A DNA stretch of 58,079 nt, from sequence record SRR22947725_2610; one strand, given 5' to 3'. The position numbers and the translations under genes are program-made. Below the pieces are notes generated by a model. It was not told the DNA's origin and did no database searches. It saw nothing but the letters and a program-made list of their open reading frames with translations. Positions 37,242 through 47,642 of the stretch are shown piece by piece (position 1 is the first letter of the stretch; each line of letters starts with the position of its first letter).

Positions 37242-38495
37242 ATGTTTGATAAAAATCTTACATTAAATGATGTTGATCCCGATATCGCTAAGGTCATAAG
37301 TGCTGAGGAAGCTAGGCAAGAGGCTCATATCGAATTAATTGCATCTGAGAACTATACTTCACCTGCTGTTATGTACGCTCAAGGCTGTCAAATGACTAAT
37401 AAATATGCAGAAGGTTATCCTGGTAAGCGTTACTATGGTGGTTGTGAGCATGTTGATGTTGCAGAAACTCTTGCTATCAGCAGAGCAAAAGAGCTTTTTG
37501 GAGCGGCCTATGCCAATGTTCAGCCACATTCAGGCTCAACGGCTAATGCAGCAGTCTTTCAAGCGCTGTTAGTTCCGGGTGATACAATATTAGGCATGAG
37601 TCTTGCTCATGGCGGCCACTTGACTCATGGCGCGGGGCCATCATTTTCGGGAAAGCATTACAAAGCCTTTCAGTATGGGCTTGATGAGTCTACTGGTGAA
37701 ATTGATTATGATGAGGTTGAGAGACTGGCTCTAGAGCACAAACCAAAAATGGTTATTGCTGGATTCTCTGCTTACTCAAGAATTATTGATTGGCAGCGTT
37801 TCAGGGATATTGCGGATATGGTTGATGCCTATCTACTGGTAGATATGGCTCATGTCGCAGGTCTAGTTGCCACAGGTGACTATCCTTCGCCAATAAATAT
37901 AGCTGACGTCTGCACGACAACAACTCATAAAACTTTAAGGGGGCCTCGAGGCGGCTTAATTGTTGCCAGAGCCAACGAAGAAATAGAAAAAAAACTTAAT
38001 TCTGCCATTTTTCCTGGAATCCAGGGTGGCCCATTAATGCATATTATTGCAGCTAAAGCTATTGCCTTTAAAGAGGCGATGAGTGAGGACTTTAAGTCTT
38101 ATCAGAAGCAAGTCGTTAAAAATGCAAGAGCGATGGCTGGTGTCTTTATGGAAAGAGGTTATGACGTTGTTTCAGGTGGAACTGATAACCATGTGTTTTT
38201 AGTCAGCTTTATTGAGCAAGGGTTGACAGGAAAGCTGGTTGATGCAACATTAGGATCAGCACATATAACAGTCAACAAAAACTCTGTACCAAATGACCCT
38301 CAATCTCCATTTGTAACCAGTGGAATTAGAATTGGAACTCCTGCGGCAACGACGCGTGGTTTCGGTGAATCCGAGTGTAGAGATATAACTAACTGGATTT
38401 GTGACATCTGTGATGATATTGAAAATAATGAAGTCATAAATGAAGTTAGGGCAAAGGTTGAAGAGCTTTGCTCTAGATTTCCAGTTTATAAGTAA
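37242..38495 (+). CDS. glyA: serine hydroxymethyltransferase
   Basis: [35 protein letters not shown]; start moved to ATG 37242 after GGAG. Confidence 0.98.
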   Translation: MFDKNLTLNDVDPDIAKVISAEEARQEAHIELIASENYTSPAVMYAQGCQMTNKYAEGYPGKRYYGGCEHVDVAETLAISRAKELFGAAYANVQPHSGSTANAAVFQALLVPGDTILGMSLAHGGHLTHGAGPSFSGKHYKAFQYGLDESTGEIDYDEVERLALEHKPKMVIAGFSAYSRIIDWQRFRDIADMVDAYLLVDMAHVAGLVATGDYPSPINIADVCTTTTHKTLRGPRGGLIVARANEEIEKKLNSAIFPGIQGGPLMHIIAAKAIAFKEAMSEDFKSYQKQVVKNARAMAGVFMERGYDVVSGGTDNHVFLVSFIEQGLTGKLVDATLGSAHITVNKNSVPNDPQSPFVTSGIRIGTPAATTRGFGESECRDITNWICDICDDIENNEVINEVRAKVEELCSRFPVYK

Positions 38496-38500
38496 CTCAG

Positions 38501-38953
38501 ATGCGCTGTCCTTTTTGTCAATCAGATGACACCAAGGTTTTAGATACTCGACTACTGGATGATGGCTCACAAGTTCGCCGAAGAAGGGAGTGTATAGCAT
38601 GCGGGGAGAGACACTCAACTCGCGAGACTGTTGATCTTAACCTCCCAAGGCTGATTAAAAGTGATGACTCTAGGCAGAGCTTCAGTGAAAATAAGTTACG
38701 CTCAGGTTTGCTAAAGGCACTTGAAAAAAGGCCTGTTGAGACTTCAAAAATTGAAATGGCCATTCAAAAAATTCAAAGAAAATTGATGGCGCAAAATGAT
38801 AGAGAGGTTCCTTCTTCTATGTTAGGTGAGTGGGTTATGGAGGAGCTTAGAGCGCTTGATGAGGTCGCCTATATTCGTTTTGCCTCTGTTTATAGGCAGT
38901 TCCAAGATATCGAAGAATTCAAGAGTGAAATTGACAAGTTAATCAATAAGTAA
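38501..38953 (+). CDS. nrdR: transcriptional repressor NrdR
   Basis: MRCPFC, RRRREC..C, ATP cone, AYIRFASVY. Confidence 0.97.
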   Translation: MRCPFCQSDDTKVLDTRLLDDGSQVRRRRECIACGERHSTRETVDLNLPRLIKSDDSRQSFSENKLRSGLLKALEKRPVETSKIEMAIQKIQRKLMAQNDREVPSSMLGEWVMEELRALDEVAYIRFASVYRQFQDIEEFKSEIDKLINK

Positions 38954-38957
38954 TCTT

Positions 38958-40319
38958 ATGGCTAAGACAAAAGTAGAGTTTGTATGCCGAGAGTGTGGGG
39001 CGTCTCACCATCAATGGGCTGGCCAGTGTTTAGACTGCAAAGAATGGAACACACTTGAAGAAATTGTCATATCGCAAGCAACATCATCCAAGCCAGAGAG
39101 TTTAAAGGACCTTCCAGCTTCAAAAGTTCAAAATCTGACTGAGATTAAAGCACAAAATAAAGATCGCCTTTCAACTGGCCTATCGGAGCTAGATCGAACA
39201 CTTGGTGGTGGTCTTGTTGATGGATCAGTAGTTCTGATAGGGGGTGACCCTGGAATTGGCAAATCTACTCTAATTCTTCAAGCGTTAGCTAAACTCAATA
39301 GTGACAACACAACTTTGTATGTCAGTGGAGAGGAGTCTGCTGAGCAGGTTAGTGAAAGGGCAATAAGATTGGGCATCAAGGAAGATATCCTTTTTATAGG
39401 TGAAACTCACTTAGAGAAAATAATCAAGCTATCAAAAGACATAAAGCCAAAAGTAATTGTTATTGACTCTATTCAAACGATGGTGACTGACCTTTCAGCG
39501 TCAGCACCTGGGTCTGTAACTCAGGTCAGAGACTGCGCAGCTCAGCTTACTCAGTTCGCTAAGCAAACTAATACTATTTTATTGATGATTGGCCATGTAA
39601 CAAAGGGTGGAGCGCTTGCGGGACCAAGAATTCTTGAACATATGGTGGATGCAGTCCTATATTTTGAGGGGGATGCTGGGGGTCGTTATCGAATTATTAG
39701 GGCTGTAAAAAATCGTTTTGGTGCAGTGAATGAGATAAGCGTATTCGCGATGGGTGAAAAGGGGCTTCAACAAGTCAGCAATCCATCCTCTATATTCCTT
39801 TCTAATCAAGAGAATCCTTCATCTGGATCAATGGTCATGGTTACTAGAGAAGCCACCAGGCCCCTTTTGGTCGAAATACAAGCACTGGTTGATCAATCGA
39901 ATGGAACACCAAAAAGAGTCAGCGTAGGGCTAGATCAGAATCGACTTGCTCTTCAGCTTGCTATTCTTCATAAACATTCAGGAATTGCAACGTTTGATCA
40001 GGATGTTTTTATCAATGTAGTTGGTGGTATTAAAGTGAGCGAAACTGCATCAGATTTAGTTGTGATGCTCTCTATTGTCTCAAGTCTTAGAGATAAAGTA
40101 ATCCCAAGTAAATGGATTGCGTTTGGCGAGGTTGGATTAACCGGTGAAGTAAGGCCGGTATATAATGCCCAGGAAAGGCTATCTGAGGCTCAAAAGCAAG
40201 GATTTGAGCTGGCTATTATCCCGAAAGGGAATGAGCCCAAAAAGCCCATAAAAGGTATACAAGTGATTCCAGTTGGGTATTTATATCAAGCAATTCAATA
40301 CCTTTTAGAAAACAGTTAA
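38958..40319 (+). CDS. radA: DNA repair protein RadA/Sms
   Basis: C4 Zn finger, GGDPGIGKST, KNRFG, GEVGLTGE. Confidence 0.97.
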   Translation: MAKTKVEFVCRECGASHHQWAGQCLDCKEWNTLEEIVISQATSSKPESLKDLPASKVQNLTEIKAQNKDRLSTGLSELDRTLGGGLVDGSVVLIGGDPGIGKSTLILQALAKLNSDNTTLYVSGEESAEQVSERAIRLGIKEDILFIGETHLEKIIKLSKDIKPKVIVIDSIQTMVTDLSASAPGSVTQVRDCAAQLTQFAKQTNTILLMIGHVTKGGALAGPRILEHMVDAVLYFEGDAGGRYRIIRAVKNRFGAVNEISVFAMGEKGLQQVSNPSSIFLSNQENPSSGSMVMVTREATRPLLVEIQALVDQSNGTPKRVSVGLDQNRLALQLAILHKHSGIATFDQDVFINVVGGIKVSETASDLVVMLSIVSSLRDKVIPSKWIAFGEVGLTGEVRPVYNAQERLSEAQKQGFELAIIPKGNEPKKPIKGIQVIPVGYLYQAIQYLLENS

Positions 40320-40323
40320 TTAT

Positions 40324-40917
40324 TTATAAGTCAATCCCTTTTTGAGCTCTAATATTAGCTCTAAAAGCGTGTTTTACATCCTCAACCTCGCTCACAGTGT
40401 CCGAAGCATCTATTAAGCCTTTACTGGCAGCTCTTCCGGTTATAACGACATGTTGATTCTCAGGTCTGTTTGATAGTGTATTCAAAATTTCAGCTTCATC
40501 AAGATAGTTGTAATTGATCATGTAAGTAATTTCATCTAAAACAACTACAGAAATCTTAGAGTCAGAAAGAAATTTTTTTGCCTCAAGCCAGGTTTCCATA
40601 GCTCTTTTCTTGTCCAGATCCTGGTCCTGAGTGTTCCAAGTAAAGCCGCTTTCCATATGAGCAGAAAGAATATTTGGGTGATTATCTAAAAAAAGATCTT
40701 CTCCTGTCTGCTGCTCACCCTTTAAAAAGCGAACAAGACCAATCTTCATGTTATATCCAAGAGCTCTACAAATCATACCCATAGCTGAGGATGACTTCCC
40801 CTTACCATTGCCAGTCAAAAGAACAATGATTCCAGTATCAATATTAGCTTCATCAATACGGGAATCAATATATTCTTTTTTACGCTGCATGCGCTTTTTA
40901 TAGCTAGTTTCACTCAT
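40324..40917 (-). CDS. cobO: cob(I)alamin adenosyltransferase
   Basis: TGNGKGKSS, GFTW, LDE, TGR, KHAF, AQKGID. Confidence 0.93.
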   Translation of the reverse strand: MSETSYKKRMQRKKEYIDSRIDEANIDTGIIVLLTGNGKGKSSSAMGMICRALGYNMKIGLVRFLKGEQQTGEDLFLDNHPNILSAHMESGFTWNTQDQDLDKKRAMETWLEAKKFLSDSKISVVVLDEITYMINYNYLDEAEILNTLSNRPENQHVVITGRAASKGLIDASDTVSEVEDVKHAFRANIRAQKGIDL

Positions 40918-40939
40918 CTAATTAAGCCTTCATAGTACA

Positions 40940-42946
40940 TTAAAATTTGTATGTAAGTCCTGCTTTAATATTTCTAGTCGAGTTACCTGGGTATATAACA
41001 TCATCTCTCAAACGCGTTCCATAGCTATTTTCAAATAAATTTTCAACATCAAAAGAAAAGCTTAGGTCATCGTTGGGGTTGTAAGAAAAGTTAAAGTTTG
41101 TTGAATTATATTCCGGCTGTTTTTTTGTAAATATATTTGCATAATCCTCTTCTGCAAAAGCTTCACTACGATATTTTTGAGTCAGTGTCATATTAGTCTT
41201 ATTGCTCAAGCTATATATAACAGAAGCTGAAATATTATGCTTTGAGGTCATTGGATTTGTTTTTCCATTTAATGCACCTGCGCCTTTATCATCCGAATCT
41301 ATCTTAGCAATTGTATAAGCGTAATTAAGGCCAGTAGACCATTTTGGACTAAAAACATATTTATTCTGAAGCTCTAGACCTTGCTTATGAGATTTATCAA
41401 GATTTAGATTATCACCATATAGCCCACAATCTGATGCTGCATTTGACTTACATAAAAACATTTCGTCTTTAATATTTGAGCGATATAAGGTTAACTTAGT
41501 CTTGGAATTATCAGTTAGATGGTTTAGTCCAATATTGAAGGTTCTGCTTTTAGATGGGCGGACAAACCCGTTGAATACTTGACCGGTAGCAGGCCATGTA
41601 GCAGAAATAAAGAATCGATCAATTAAAGGGGCTTGAAAGGCATGGTTATAATTCGTAAATATAGTGGTATTAGGGCTCAAAGAGGTATTTATACCAATAT
41701 CAAACGCATTTAAATCATATTCGCCAGACAATGCAGTGCCAGACTCAGGGCTGTACTTATAATCTACTTTTTCCGAGCGAGCACCAACGGTAAATACTGA
41801 ATCATTTCTGAAATATTGAAGCTGAGAAAATACACCTAAGTTTTCCTTTGAAGTTGTATTACGAGAGCTAACACTGGTTGATTCAACTGTTCTCTTCCCA
41901 TCAAATATATTTACACCACTATCAATTTTTATATCTCCATTTGTATATGTTAATAGGTAGTCATTGCTCTTATAATCATACTTGTAGTTATCAACAGTTG
42001 CTCCTGAGTAAGAGTAAAAATTTCTACTTTCTTTATCAATAGCTGATCTATTTGTTGTGAATTCAAAATTTTCACCCCAGTTACGTTTTACTTTGAAGTT
42101 AGTTGTACTTGACTCAGCATCACGGTAGGTGTATCTGCTTCCAGATCCACTTCCAGTTGGGTCAGCTTCAAATTGAGCATCACTAAGGTAGTTTGGATAT
42201 CTAATGTCAGAATTAGTTCTATAAAGGTCTAGTGATATTTCTGTCCCACCATCAGTAGCATAGGTGCCACCAATACTTGATTTAGTTTGTTTGCCTTTAT
42301 CTTTAACTCCTCCAGTAGCGGCTTTATGAAAGCCATCATGCTTGGAGTTATCTAAAGAAATATTTAAGTCAATTTTTTCATCATTAATACCAACAGATGC
42401 AGAGGTTTGAGAGACGCCATAATTTCCTGAGGTTGTTGATATTTTAGTCTGTATATTCTTTTTTGTATAAAAATGAATAGCACCTGCCATCGCGCTATCA
42501 CCATAAATTACTGACCCACTTCCTTTAGTAATTTCGACTCTTTCAATATCATTGATGTTAACTCCAGCAATTTCTGGGCCACTAGTATCAATATTATTGA
42601 GTCTTCTGCCGTTTAAAGTAACAACAAGATTATGAGAACCAATAGTTAAACCATAACCACGAGCGGAGATTTTTTTAGAAAATCTATTTCCAGACGATGG
42701 AGCAAGTGATAGCGAGGTGTTTTGTGATAAAAAATCATAGATATTGGTTGCATTTGAATTTTTAATATCATCTTGCGTATAAACCTCTGATGAAAATGGA
42801 GCAAAAGTATCCACTTCATTAAAGTAATTTGAAGATAACTCTGTAGGATTTAAAGTAATTTTGATTGGACCGATTACAGCGTTTGAAGGTTGCGATAAAA
42901 CAAGTGCTGAAAAAGAGACAGCAAGAAATATTTTTTTATTAAACAT
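40940..42946 (-). CDS. btuB: TonB-dependent receptor, probable cobalamin uptake (BtuB-like)
   Basis: signal peptide, plug motif IERVEITKGSGSVIYG, NLF, terminal YKF; B12 riboswitch upstream and cobO downstream. Confidence 0.75.
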   Translation of the reverse strand: MFNKKIFLAVSFSALVLSQPSNAVIGPIKITLNPTELSSNYFNEVDTFAPFSSEVYTQDDIKNSNATNIYDFLSQNTSLSLAPSSGNRFSKKISARGYGLTIGSHNLVVTLNGRRLNNIDTSGPEIAGVNINDIERVEITKGSGSVIYGDSAMAGAIHFYTKKNIQTKISTTSGNYGVSQTSASVGINDEKIDLNISLDNSKHDGFHKAATGGVKDKGKQTKSSIGGTYATDGGTEISLDLYRTNSDIRYPNYLSDAQFEADPTGSGSGSRYTYRDAESSTTNFKVKRNWGENFEFTTNRSAIDKESRNFYSYSGATVDNYKYDYKSNDYLLTYTNGDIKIDSGVNIFDGKRTVESTSVSSRNTTSKENLGVFSQLQYFRNDSVFTVGARSEKVDYKYSPESGTALSGEYDLNAFDIGINTSLSPNTTIFTNYNHAFQAPLIDRFFISATWPATGQVFNGFVRPSKSRTFNIGLNHLTDNSKTKLTLYRSNIKDEMFLCKSNAASDCGLYGDNLNLDKSHKQGLELQNKYVFSPKWSTGLNYAYTIAKIDSDDKGAGALNGKTNPMTSKHNISASVIYSLSNKTNMTLTQKYRSEAFAEEDYANIFTKKQPEYNSTNFNFSYNPNDDLSFSFDVENLFENSYGTRLRDDVIYPGNSTRNIKAGLTYKF

Positions 42947-43009
42947 TATGACCCCTTATAAATAGAAATTTAAAGAGGGATTGAGAGATAAAGAGTCAAT
43001 CAATTATGA

Positions 43010-43135
43010 ATCCTTAACTCACCACCCATCGTAGTATTAAGTAAATCAATTTGACACGTATCGGACTAATCTAGAAGAAACACCGTTGCGAGGGCAGCGT
43101 TGGAATCACACCAACTTCCGTCGTCAAATTGAGTC
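43010..43135 (-). ncRNA. compact cobalamin riboswitch (class II / variant type)
   Basis: minus strand TCAATTTGAC-GACGGAAGTTGGTGTGATTCCAACGCTGCCCTCGCAACGGT...AGTCCGATAC-GTGTCAAATTGA, then hairpin whose CGATGGG can kiss CCCTCG. Confidence 0.88.
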
Positions 43136-43276
43136 AGATTATATCTTTTTTTTAAAAATGCGCAATAGTTTAATTACTAAAGTTTTTTTTATTCATATAC
43201 ATAATAATAACAATACTTTTAAGTGGATTAAGTCTTAGGTAAAATACACCCAAAACATTCAACTAAAGCTTTACTA

Positions 43277-44356
43277 ATGAAAAGTAGGTCGCTTCAAAAT
43301 TTAAGGTCAGAAATTGACGAACTGGATCAAAAGATTCAGCTCCTTATTTCTGAGCGTGCAGACCTCGCTGCAGAGGTTGCACTAGTTAAGCAAGAATCAA
43401 ATACTCAAACTGCTTTCTATCGTCCTGAGAGAGAGGCTGAAGTTCTCAGTAAAGTGATTGAAAGAAACAAAAGTCTTCTTAAGGACAAAGATATTGCTCT
43501 CATTTTTAGAGAGATTATGTCGGCATGCCTTGCACTTGAGCAGCCACTAAAAATCGCTTTTCTAGGTCCTGAGGGTACGTTTACTCAAGAAGCAGCACTC
43601 AAACACTTTGGTCATGGCGTTTCTCCGCTTGACTGTGGAACAGTGGATGAGATTTTTCATCAAGTTGAAACTGATAATGCGCAATATGGCGTTGTTCCTA
43701 TTGAAAACTCCTCAAATGGTGTCATTGGAACGTCTCTTGATATGCTTTATAGTCATGACTTAAATATTTGTGGAGAGGTTGAAATTGCTGTTGCTCATCA
43801 CCTTATGATGCAGGATCAATCTCAAGAAATTAAGGTAATTTATGCGCACCAACAAGCACTTGATCAGTGCCATAGATGGCTAGCTAATCATTATCCAAAT
43901 ACAGAGTTAAGGCCAGTAGCTTCAAATGCTTTAGGTGCTAGAATGGTTAAAGATGAGCCTAATGCTGCTGCCATTGCCTCAAAGGTTGCTTTAAACATTT
44001 ATGGTCTTCAAAGAGTAGCTAAAAATATCGAAGATAATGCTGGAAATGTTACTCGCTTCATAGTTATTGGAAAGGATGAAGTGCCAATGGGAATAAATGA
44101 CAAAACCTCACTATTGGTTGTGACAAAGCACGAATCTGGTGCTCTTTTTGATCTATTGGAACCTTTTAAAGATAACAACATTAATATGCTCCAGTTAGCA
44201 AGACACCCCATACCTGGTGTAAAGTGGGAATATCTGTTTTTTATTGATATAGAAGGGCATCAAAATAATGATAATGTTAAAGATGCCATCTCCAAGATCA
44301 AATCTAAAGTCTCTAAGTTGGAAATTCTTGGCTCGTACCCAATAGCAGTCTTATGA
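43277..44356 (+). CDS. pheA: chorismate mutase / prephenate dehydratase (P-protein)
   Basis: LRSEIDELD, YRPERE, FLGPEGTF, VPIENS, TRF, LGSYP. Confidence 0.96.
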   Translation: MKSRSLQNLRSEIDELDQKIQLLISERADLAAEVALVKQESNTQTAFYRPEREAEVLSKVIERNKSLLKDKDIALIFREIMSACLALEQPLKIAFLGPEGTFTQEAALKHFGHGVSPLDCGTVDEIFHQVETDNAQYGVVPIENSSNGVIGTSLDMLYSHDLNICGEVEIAVAHHLMMQDQSQEIKVIYAHQQALDQCHRWLANHYPNTELRPVASNALGARMVKDEPNAAAIASKVALNIYGLQRVAKNIEDNAGNVTRFIVIGKDEVPMGINDKTSLLVVTKHESGALFDLLEPFKDNNINMLQLARHPIPGVKWEYLFFIDIEGHQNNDNVKDAISKIKSKVSKLEILGSYPIAVL

Positions 44357-45420
44357 ACGCCTGTGAATCAATCCTTGGCTTGAGTCCATATCAAGGAGGA
44401 AAGCCAATTGAAGAGCTTGCGAGAGAGCTTGGCTTAACTAAAATTTCTAAGCTTGCCTCTAATGAGAATCCTTTAGGGATCAGCAGTAAAGTCAAAGAGG
44501 CAATTAATGACTCACTTTCGAGTATCAATCGTTACCCAGATGGCAATTGCTTTGAGCTTAAAAAGGCTATCGCAACTAAACATAATGTGACTCCTGAGAT
44601 GATCTCATTGGGCAATGGTTCGAATGAGCTATTAGAGTTAATCGCAAGGGTTTTTGTCTCAAAAAAAACTGATGAGGTTATTTTTTCACAGTATGCATTT
44701 GTTGTTTATCCACTTGTTACTCAGGCTTTAGGGGCAACTGCTGTTGTCTCACCTGCAAAAAACTTTGGACACGACTTAGATTCAATGCTGAGTATGATTA
44801 CAACGAATACTAAACTTATTTTTGTTGCTAATCCTAATAACCCCACTGGCACACTTCTTACTGATAAAGAGGTTTATAACTTTTTAAAACAAGTGCCTGA
44901 AGGCCTTCCAGTGGTTCTTGATCAAGCCTATTTTGAATATTTAAATATTGATGACTCTGCCATTCAATGGCTGAGTGAATTTAGTAACCTTATCATTACT
45001 CGTACTTTCTCTAAGGCATATGGACTAGCTGGTCTTCGAGTTGGATATTCACTTTGTAGTCCTCTAATTGCTGATTTCATTAATCGCGTCAGAGAGCCAT
45101 TCAATGTGAACTTCACAGCACAAGTTGCGGCTATTGCTGCCTTGAGAGATGATGACTACTTGTCAGAATCTATCAAGGTCAATTCTGATGGATACGAGCA
45201 GTTGGTCGAATGTTTTAAATCGCTTCATTTAAACTTTATACCATCGCATGCAAATTTTATTGCTGTTGAGTTTGATGATGCAATGGACATATATAACGCT
45301 CTTCTTAAAGAAGGAGTCATTGTTAGACCTGTTGAGATGCGTGGGTATCTTAGAATTTCAATTGGCACTTTCGATGAAAATGCACATCTCATAGCTGCCC
45401 TTAATAAAATCTTATGCTAA
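44353..45420 (+). CDS. hisC: histidinol-phosphate aminotransferase
   Basis: YQGGKP, KLASNENP, NPNNPTG, RTFSKAYGLAGLRVGY. Confidence 0.95.
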   Translation: MNACESILGLSPYQGGKPIEELARELGLTKISKLASNENPLGISSKVKEAINDSLSSINRYPDGNCFELKKAIATKHNVTPEMISLGNGSNELLELIARVFVSKKTDEVIFSQYAFVVYPLVTQALGATAVVSPAKNFGHDLDSMLSMITTNTKLIFVANPNNPTGTLLTDKEVYNFLKQVPEGLPVVLDQAYFEYLNIDDSAIQWLSEFSNLIITRTFSKAYGLAGLRVGYSLCSPLIADFINRVREPFNVNFTAQVAAIAALRDDDYLSESIKVNSDGYEQLVECFKSLHLNFIPSHANFIAVEFDDAMDIYNALLKEGVIVRPVEMRGYLRISIGTFDENAHLIAALNKILC

Positions 45421-46265
45421 ATAAAATTACAATCATAGGGGTGGGTCTCATCGGAGGCTCTCTTGCAAAAGCTATAAAAGCTAACAAATTAGCTAATATA
45501 GTATGCGGATATGGTAGAGATCAATCTCGACTAAAGAAAGCTAAAAAAGGCAATATCATTGATGAGCTATCAACTGATATGGCTGAGGCAATTAAAGGTG
45601 CTGATATCGTTGTTATTGCTACTCCAGTTGGAACTTTTAAGCAAATTCTTAAAGAAATAGAGCCATTTATCTCTGATCAAGTCATTATTACTGATGTTGG
45701 AAGCACTAAAACCAATATCATAAAAATGGTAAACGAAGTTTTAGTTAAAAAATCTAAATGCTTTGTGCCTGCACACCCCATAGCTGGAAAAGAAAAGAGT
45801 GGCTTTGAGGTCAGCGTTCCGGATTTATTTGAAGACAAGAAAGTCATCATTACACCTTTAGATAATAATGCGCCTGAGTCCACTCAAATCATTCACGATA
45901 TGTGGAGTTCGGTTGGTGCTGATGTAGACTTTATGAGTCCTGAGTCTCACGATGAGCTACTTGGTATGACCTCCCACTTACCCCATATGCTTGCTTTCTC
46001 CCTTGTTAATTATCTAGTGAGTCAAAACCCAACGGCTTCAATCTATGCTGGTGGAGGATTTAAAGACTTCTCCAGGATTGCCTCTGGCGATGCTGTCATG
46101 TGGAGAGATATTTGCCTACAAAACAAAGATCAAATCATTGATCATATCAATGGCTACCAAGCCACTCTTAGTGAGCTTAAAGATGCTATTAATAGCGACA
46201 ACAGTGAAAAACTTGAGCTGCTATTCACGACTGCGAAAAATACAAGAGATTCATGGGTGGGTTAA
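45414..46265 (+). CDS. tyrA: prephenate/arogenate dehydrogenase
   Basis: GVGLIGGS, TDVGSTK, HPIAGKE, SHLPH, DFSRIA. Confidence 0.93.
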   Translation: MLNKITIIGVGLIGGSLAKAIKANKLANIVCGYGRDQSRLKKAKKGNIIDELSTDMAEAIKGADIVVIATPVGTFKQILKEIEPFISDQVIITDVGSTKTNIIKMVNEVLVKKSKCFVPAHPIAGKEKSGFEVSVPDLFEDKKVIITPLDNNAPESTQIIHDMWSSVGADVDFMSPESHDELLGMTSHLPHMLAFSLVNYLVSQNPTASIYAGGGFKDFSRIASGDAVMWRDICLQNKDQIIDHINGYQATLSELKDAINSDNSEKLELLFTTAKNTRDSWVG

Positions 46266-46273
46266 GATAATCG

Positions 46274-47578
46274 ATGGCTAGCTTTGTAACGTCCCACTCT
46301 AAATCATTATCAGGATCAATCAGGGTACCTGGAGATAAATCAATTTCCCACAGATCTATCATGCTCGGTTCAATTGCAACGGGAACAACTAAGGTCTCAG
46401 GATTCCTTCAAGGTGAGGATAGTTTGGCGACCTTGAATGCATTTAAGGAAATGGGAGTTTCTATTGAGCGAAAAGGCTCTGATGTGATCATTCAGGGTGT
46501 TGGAATGCACGGCTTAAAAATGCCAACAAACTCTTTAAATCTTGGAAATTCAGGAACCTCAATTCGACTGATGTCGGGCCTTCTGAGTGCGCAATCATTT
46601 AACTCAGAGCTTTGCGGAGATAAATCACTATCCAAAAGGCCAATGGGAAGGGTGATTGAGCCTCTTCGTCAAATGGGTGCAGACATCTCAGGATCAAACT
46701 CAATGCCACCTCTTTCGATTAACGGCGGAAAGACATTGTCGGCTATCGAATATACTTTGCCTGTTGCATCAGCCCAGATTAAATCCTGTATCTTGTTAGC
46801 AGGCCTCTATAGCAAAGGCTCTACAACAGTTATTGAGAATGGCATTTCAAGAGATCACACAGAACGGATGCTCAGAGGCTTTGGTTATGAAGTTCAAACC
46901 TCCCCCAATAAAATATCGATTGAGGGTGGAGGATCCTTAAAGGCTTGCAATATTGAAGTGCCCAGTGATATCTCTTCAGCCGCCTTTTTTATGGTTGCAG
47001 CATGCATATCAGATGATGCTGACATTGTTTTAGAAGCGGTCAACATCAATCCTACTCGAACAGGTGTCATTGATATTCTTAAGTTAATGGGTGGTAATAT
47101 TGAGCTGTTGAATGAGAGGATTGATGCTGGGGAGTTAATTGCTGACATTAGAGTTAGCTCTTCAAACCTCAAAGGCATTCAAATTCCAAAAAAACTAGTC
47201 CCACTTGCCATTGATGAGTTTCCAGCAATATTTATAGCTGCCAGTTGTGCCGATGGAGAAACCCTTCTGACAGGCGCAAAAGAGCTTAGAGTGAAAGAGT
47301 CAGACCGGATACAAGTCATGGCTGATGGATTATCATCGCTAGGGATTGTAAATCATGTGCTAGAAGATGGCATTAGGATAGTAGGCGGTAAATTCAAAGA
47401 ACAAACTGTACCCATTGAGTCTCATCATGACCATCGAATCTCTATGGCTTTTGCCATTGCATCGGTCAGTTCAGAGGCAGATATAACAATTAAAGGGGTT
47501 GATAATGTAAAAACATCCTTCCCTAATTTTGTTGCACTAGCCAACTCAATCGGAATGAGTATTACTGAAAGCGCTTAG
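46274..47578 (+). CDS. aroA: EPSP synthase
   Basis: PGDKSISHR, GNSGT, SAQIKS, RDHTE, RVKESDR, DHRISM. Confidence 0.97.
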   Translation: MASFVTSHSKSLSGSIRVPGDKSISHRSIMLGSIATGTTKVSGFLQGEDSLATLNAFKEMGVSIERKGSDVIIQGVGMHGLKMPTNSLNLGNSGTSIRLMSGLLSAQSFNSELCGDKSLSKRPMGRVIEPLRQMGADISGSNSMPPLSINGGKTLSAIEYTLPVASAQIKSCILLAGLYSKGSTTVIENGISRDHTERMLRGFGYEVQTSPNKISIEGGGSLKACNIEVPSDISSAAFFMVAACISDDADIVLEAVNINPTRTGVIDILKLMGGNIELLNERIDAGELIADIRVSSSNLKGIQIPKKLVPLAIDEFPAIFIAASCADGETLLTGAKELRVKESDRIQVMADGLSSLGIVNHVLEDGIRIVGGKFKEQTVPIESHHDHRISMAFAIASVSSEADITIKGVDNVKTSFPNFVALANSIGMSITESA

Positions 47579-47642
47579 AGACTAAGTTAAGCAAAAGGCC
47601 ATCAGGTTGTTATAATACGCCCTTTAAAAAAAACTCTATTCT

